Below, one piece after another: positions 60,290-64,000 of a DNA stretch of 64,000 bases. This DNA comes from an uncultured Trueperaceae bacterium. Its GTDB lineage: Bacteria; Deinococcota; Deinococci; Deinococcales; Trueperaceae. The first letter of the stretch is position 1. Every line of letters begins with the position of its first letter. The position numbers and the translations under genes were made by a program. The stretch spans positions 96,001 through 160,000 of the forward strand of contig CAWCXJ010000004.1 of assembly GCA_963799485.1 (NCBI GenBank). Direction: 5' to 3'. The notes under the pieces are model-generated. The model was not told where the DNA came from and searched no databases. It was given only the letters and a program-made list of their open reading frames with translations.

Positions 60290-62248
60290 TTACTTGGCGG
60301 TCGCTGTACCCAGCACGGTGTCGCTACGCGCTGAGAGGTTCTGAATCCGGGTGTCTTCGGCGGCGGGTGTATCGGCCCCGGTAAAGGTGCCGATCTCGCC
60401 GAGGTATTCGCCTAGTGCGGCCTGTTCAGCAGGTTCGATGTCTTCGCGCGCTGCGTCTGCCGGAAACGGGTAGCTGTCGCCGCCGTCGGCCAAAAAGCCT
60501 AACGTTACGACGCGAATGGGGCGTTCGGGGTCGCCGACGAGCTGACCGTTTTCAACAAGCACGTCTTTGACACTGCCGTCGTCGTTTAAGATGGCGGCGC
60601 TGCGGATGCGTTCACCGGGCGTGACAAGTTCGCCGTCTTCGCTGTAAACACTTCCGGGCAAGCCGGGGTCGAACGAAAAGCTGATGCCGCCGACCTGCGG
60701 AAACTGCCCCGGGGTTGCGCCGGGTTCGGACGCGGCGACGCCGTGCTCGAGCACCGCTTTGAGTTGCGCCGCCGTAAGCGTGAGAATACTCAGCGAGTTG
60801 TCGAAACGCAAGGCGTTTTGAATATCTAAAAGCGAAATCTGTCCGGCTTCTTTGCCGGTCAGCGGGTTGGCGACGGGCGGAATCAGGTTACCTTGACCGG
60901 GTTCGACCGCGCCGATCGAGGCGCGGATACCACCACCGTTTTTAATCGAGACGTCGACGGTCGGGTCGACGGCGCGCGCGGCGGCGAGGTTTGCGTCGGC
61001 GCTCAGGTTGCCGAGATTGGTTTCTTCAGTACGCACCGCGTCGCGCAGGCCGTTGAGGTAGAACTCGGTGGAGCCGAAGATTTGCCCGTCGAGTTCGGTG
61101 ATGACCGCGCGCACCTCACCTGTTGCCGCGACGACTTCGGGAGCGGGCGCAGCGTTGCCGGTCGCCTGAACGCCTTCAGGGTCGGTCGCGTAAGCGCCGC
61201 TCTCGTCGGAGATTTCAGAGAGCACCCCGGCTGCGTCGAAACCTGCGACCAGACGCCCGACGTAGCGGTATTCACGGGCAGTGTTGACAACTGCGACCGG
61301 CTGCCCGGTAGCTGAAGCGCGGAGGAGCGGATAGGTTCCGGCGCGTGTATCGTTTGCCCGCAAACGGTCGTTATCGTCGGCTAGGAGGGTGTCCGAACCG
61401 CCTGCGACGACGATATCAACGTCATTTAAGAGCGTGGCAAGCTCGAGTTCGTTACTCAGCTGCTGCAGGTGCGTGAGCAAGATGATCTTGTCGACGCCTT
61501 GCGCGCTCAGATCGTCGACGACAGGTTGAACGATCGTGGCGAGCGCTTCTAAATCAGCTGGGTTGGAGGGTGAAACCACCACATCACCGGGCGCGGAGAT
61601 GCTCGGCAACAGGGGCGTGGTGACGCCGACGACGCCGAAGGTTGCGCCCCCGGCGGTAATTATGGTGCTCCGCGCGATGCTGTTGGGGATAGTACTCGCT
61701 TCTTGCCCATCGGGAACCACGAAGTCGGCCAAATTGCTCCCCGAAAAGTCTAAGTTGCTGCTCAGGTACGGGAAGGTCGTACCGGGATAGAGGTCGGCTG
61801 CGGCTTCCTCGCCCTCAGCGGGTTCTTCGGCAGCGATAAGGTCGGCAACGACGCTCGTCCCGAGGTCGAACTCGTGATTGCCAAACGCGGCGGCCTGCGT
61901 TCCGAGCGCGTCCATAATGCGGATGTCGGCTTGTCCGGTGGTGGTGCTAAAAAACGGGCCGGAGATGTAAAGGTCGCCGGACATAAGCGTCAAGGTGGTG
62001 TCGTAGTCGTCACGGAGCGCGTTCAGCACCGAAGAAAAGCGCGGCGCGTCGTCGATGGCGTCGAGGCCTGCCTCCTGGTCTGAAGCGTGCAGAAGTTGCA
62101 ACGTGGTATCGGTTTCACCGGAGAGTGTCACGGCGGGGTCGCTGACGAAATCCGGGTCGGGCGCGGTCGCGCCGCCCCCGGCGTCGTCGCTGGCTGGCGC
62201 ACAGGCCGCGAGTAGCAAGAAAAGGGCGAGCAGGGTAGAACGTTTCAC
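60290..62248 (-). CDS. Bifunctional metallophosphatase/5'-nucleotidase lipoprotein
   Basis: Lipobox LAAC; SGD, GNHEFD, VRTEETNLGN, NGGGIR, GGDSY; GGAGG RBS before GTG 62248. Confidence 0.9.
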   Translation of the reverse strand: MKRSTLLALFLLLAACAPASDDAGGGATAPDPDFVSDPAVTLSGETDTTLQLLHASDQEAGLDAIDDAPRFSSVLNALRDDYDTTLTLMSGDLYISGPFFSTTTGQADIRIMDALGTQAAAFGNHEFDLGTSVVADLIAAEEPAEGEEAAADLYPGTTFPYLSSNLDFSGSNLADFVVPDGQEASTIPNSIARSTIITAGGATFGVVGVTTPLLPSISAPGDVVVSPSNPADLEALATIVQPVVDDLSAQGVDKIILLTHLQQLSNELELATLLNDVDIVVAGGSDTLLADDNDRLRANDTRAGTYPLLRASATGQPVAVVNTAREYRYVGRLVAGFDAAGVLSEISDESGAYATDPEGVQATGNAAPAPEVVAATGEVRAVITELDGQIFGSTEFYLNGLRDAVRTEETNLGNLSADANLAAARAVDPTVDVSIKNGGGIRASIGAVEPGQGNLIPPVANPLTGKEAGQISLLDIQNALRFDNSLSILTLTAAQLKAVLEHGVAASEPGATPGQFPQVGGISFSFDPGLPGSVYSEDGELVTPGERIRSAAILNDDGSVKDVLVENGQLVGDPERPIRVVTLGFLADGGDSYPFPADAAREDIEPAEQAALGEYLGEIGTFTGADTPAAEDTRIQNLSARSDTVLGTATAK

Positions 62249-62839
62249 CAAAGAACCTCCTATAGGTTGTCTTGCCTCAAACAGTTTACCCAAAACAGTT
62301 TACGGTATCGGGCGAGCGTGTTCGTCGGATTAGCTCAGGGGTTGGAACACAGACGCCGACATCTACCGTGAAGTTGGGCGCGGCTCGCGCGTCTGACAGG
62401 CGTATTGTCAGCAGCCGGGTCAGGCGGCGCGCCGACTCAAGTCATCATGTCTCCGGAAAACTCGGGACGATTCATTTGAGGCATCAGAAGCGCTCGACAC
62501 GCTCGCGCAAGCTCGCCGAAACACCCCTACCGGAAACTGTCGCTTGTCGCAATAAGACTGCACCTTAGCTGGCGCGAGGCGACTCGCTCCCGCCGCAGCC
62601 GTGATGCTCGAGCCCCTCGACCAAGGCGTTTTGACGAGCACGCATTAGCTACGCGGGACACTAACGCCGCCGGCGCTTTAGCTGCTGGCGTTTCCGCTTG
62701 CGCGCGCGGCTTTGGAACCGGCTGAGCTGAAAAACGCCCCCGTCAGGGTGGCGACCAGGGCGCTTAAACTGGCAAACCAGGCTTGAGGCTGAAGTTTTGA
62801 AAGCCCTAGGTACACCTCTCTCGCCGTAAAATGCACGTG

Positions 62840-63550
62840 CTAAACCTTGTCCGACATCCGCCCCTGCTGCACCGCCTCGGCAACGGTTTGCGGCAGCCCC
62901 CACGCGACAATATCGAAGGCGACGGCGGCAAAGTCATATTCGACCTTGTCCATCGTGACGCTGAGCCCCGCATCGGAAAAGGTGAGCAGCGCGTAGTCCG
63001 CCCCCGGTTCACCGTTGAGCGACAACCCGACCGACCCGGGATTGACGATCCAGCCGCCGCCAAGCTGCCGGTAAAACGGCACGTGCGAGTTGCCGACGGC
63101 TAAAACCTTGCAGCGCTGCTGCTCTAAGAGTTGTCCGAGCCCTTGGGAGCCGCCCAGACTGATTCGCGCCGGTACGTCGAGCGTGCCGTGCAGGGCGCGG
63201 AAGCGTCCCTGGGGGGTGCTGAGGCGGAGCTGGGTCGGGAGCGAACGCAAAAAGGTGACGTGTCGCGGGTCGATAACCGAGCGTGTCCAGGTGAGGATTT
63301 CGTCGGCGACCCCGGCGCGCGGCCTGTTGCTGCGGGCAAAGTCGAAGGCGACTTGTTCGTCGGCCGCGCCAAGGACGCAGAGCACCTTCTCTTGCCGTAA
63401 AAGCTCAAGCGTTTCGTTCGGTGACGGTCCGTAGCCTACGAGGTCACCCAGACAGATGACGCTCTGTGCGCCCCGGCGTTTAAGTTCGCCGAGAGCAGCC
63501 TCGAGCGCCAGCACATTGGCGTGGACATCGCTGATAAGCCCGATAATCAT
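62840..63550 (-). CDS. Metallophosphoesterase (YfcE-like)
   Basis: SDVHAN, LGDLVGYG, SHVP, NPGSVG. Confidence 0.88.
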   Translation of the reverse strand: MIIGLISDVHANVLALEAALGELKRRGAQSVICLGDLVGYGPSPNETLELLRQEKVLCVLGAADEQVAFDFARSNRPRAGVADEILTWTRSVIDPRHVTFLRSLPTQLRLSTPQGRFRALHGTLDVPARISLGGSQGLGQLLEQQRCKVLAVGNSHVPFYRQLGGGWIVNPGSVGLSLNGEPGADYALLTFSDAGLSVTMDKVEYDFAAVAFDIVAWGLPQTVAEAVQQGRMSDKV

Positions 63551-63671
63551 AGCCCTACCCGCGTCCGGTTTACCCACATCGGTTTCACCCGCAGAGTGTA
63601 GCACCGGAGTCCGGCGTCTAGATAGCAAGAATCTCTCAACTTGGGTGGTCTACCCAGAACTCACGGTCGTG

Positions 63672-64000
63672 TTAGCCTTCAGCCTCTAACGCGGGTACGC
63701 CGTCCGTTTCGCTAACTCCTTCATGCCGGAGACCGGGCAAAAGTGCCGCCAGAATCCCCATCCCAAGCGTTAGAACCGACGCGAACGCGAGAATCGCCCG
63801 GATGCCGAACAAATCCGCGAGCCCGCCGACGCCCATTCCCAAGACAATCGAGCCTTCGATCCCGACAAAATACGCGCCGATCACTCGGCCCCGCAGCCCA
63901 GCCGGGGTTTTACGCTGAAACAGTAGCCGAATGGCGATGATTGCCGGAGCGTTGAAAAAGCCGACGATAGCAAAAAACAACACCGCTAACGTTACGGTGT
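63672..64000 (-). CDS. MFS transporter, C-terminal part (runs off window end)
   Basis: QRKTPAGLRGRV, GGLADLFG motifs. Confidence 0.8.
   Translation of the reverse strand, partial: TVTLAVLFFAIVGFFNAPAIIAIRLLFQRKTPAGLRGRVIGAYFVGIEGSIVLGMGVGGLADLFGIRAILAFASVLTLGMGILAALLPGLRHEGVSETDGVPALEAEG

Overview
High-GC bacterial chromosome segment, most consistent with a Deinococcota (Truepera-like) genome. This is inferred from gene content (TopIB, Deinococcus-type YafY and YidC, HslV propeptide) and from widespread leaderless -10/ATG architecture. Left part: partial pilT, topoisomerase IB, and a decayed island at a tRNA-Gln pair (integrase and PPC remnants, YafY pseudogene) carrying an intact SNF2 helicase - RHH/VapC toxin-antitoxin - type III Mod - Res cassette. 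Middle: housekeeping genes (dxr, rseP, trmH, tRNA-Leu, rpmH-rnpA-yidD-yidC-jag), a cfa-like methyltransferase flanked by a TnpB/IS605 right-end remnant and unusual repeats, putative glycolipid genes with an MMPL transporter, and an IS1 inserted in a HIT gene. Right part: marR-MFS, hslVU, dusA, can, hisZG, a flippase + 3 GT4 + cysQ-sat-cysC cluster, a 5'-nucleotidase and a partial MFS. Best leads: the TA-embedded SNF2/type III RM operon, a HIP1-like excess of CTCGAG, and the TnpB omegaRNA remnant beside a repeat-spacer-repeat unit. All calls come from reading motifs by eye; no searches were run.
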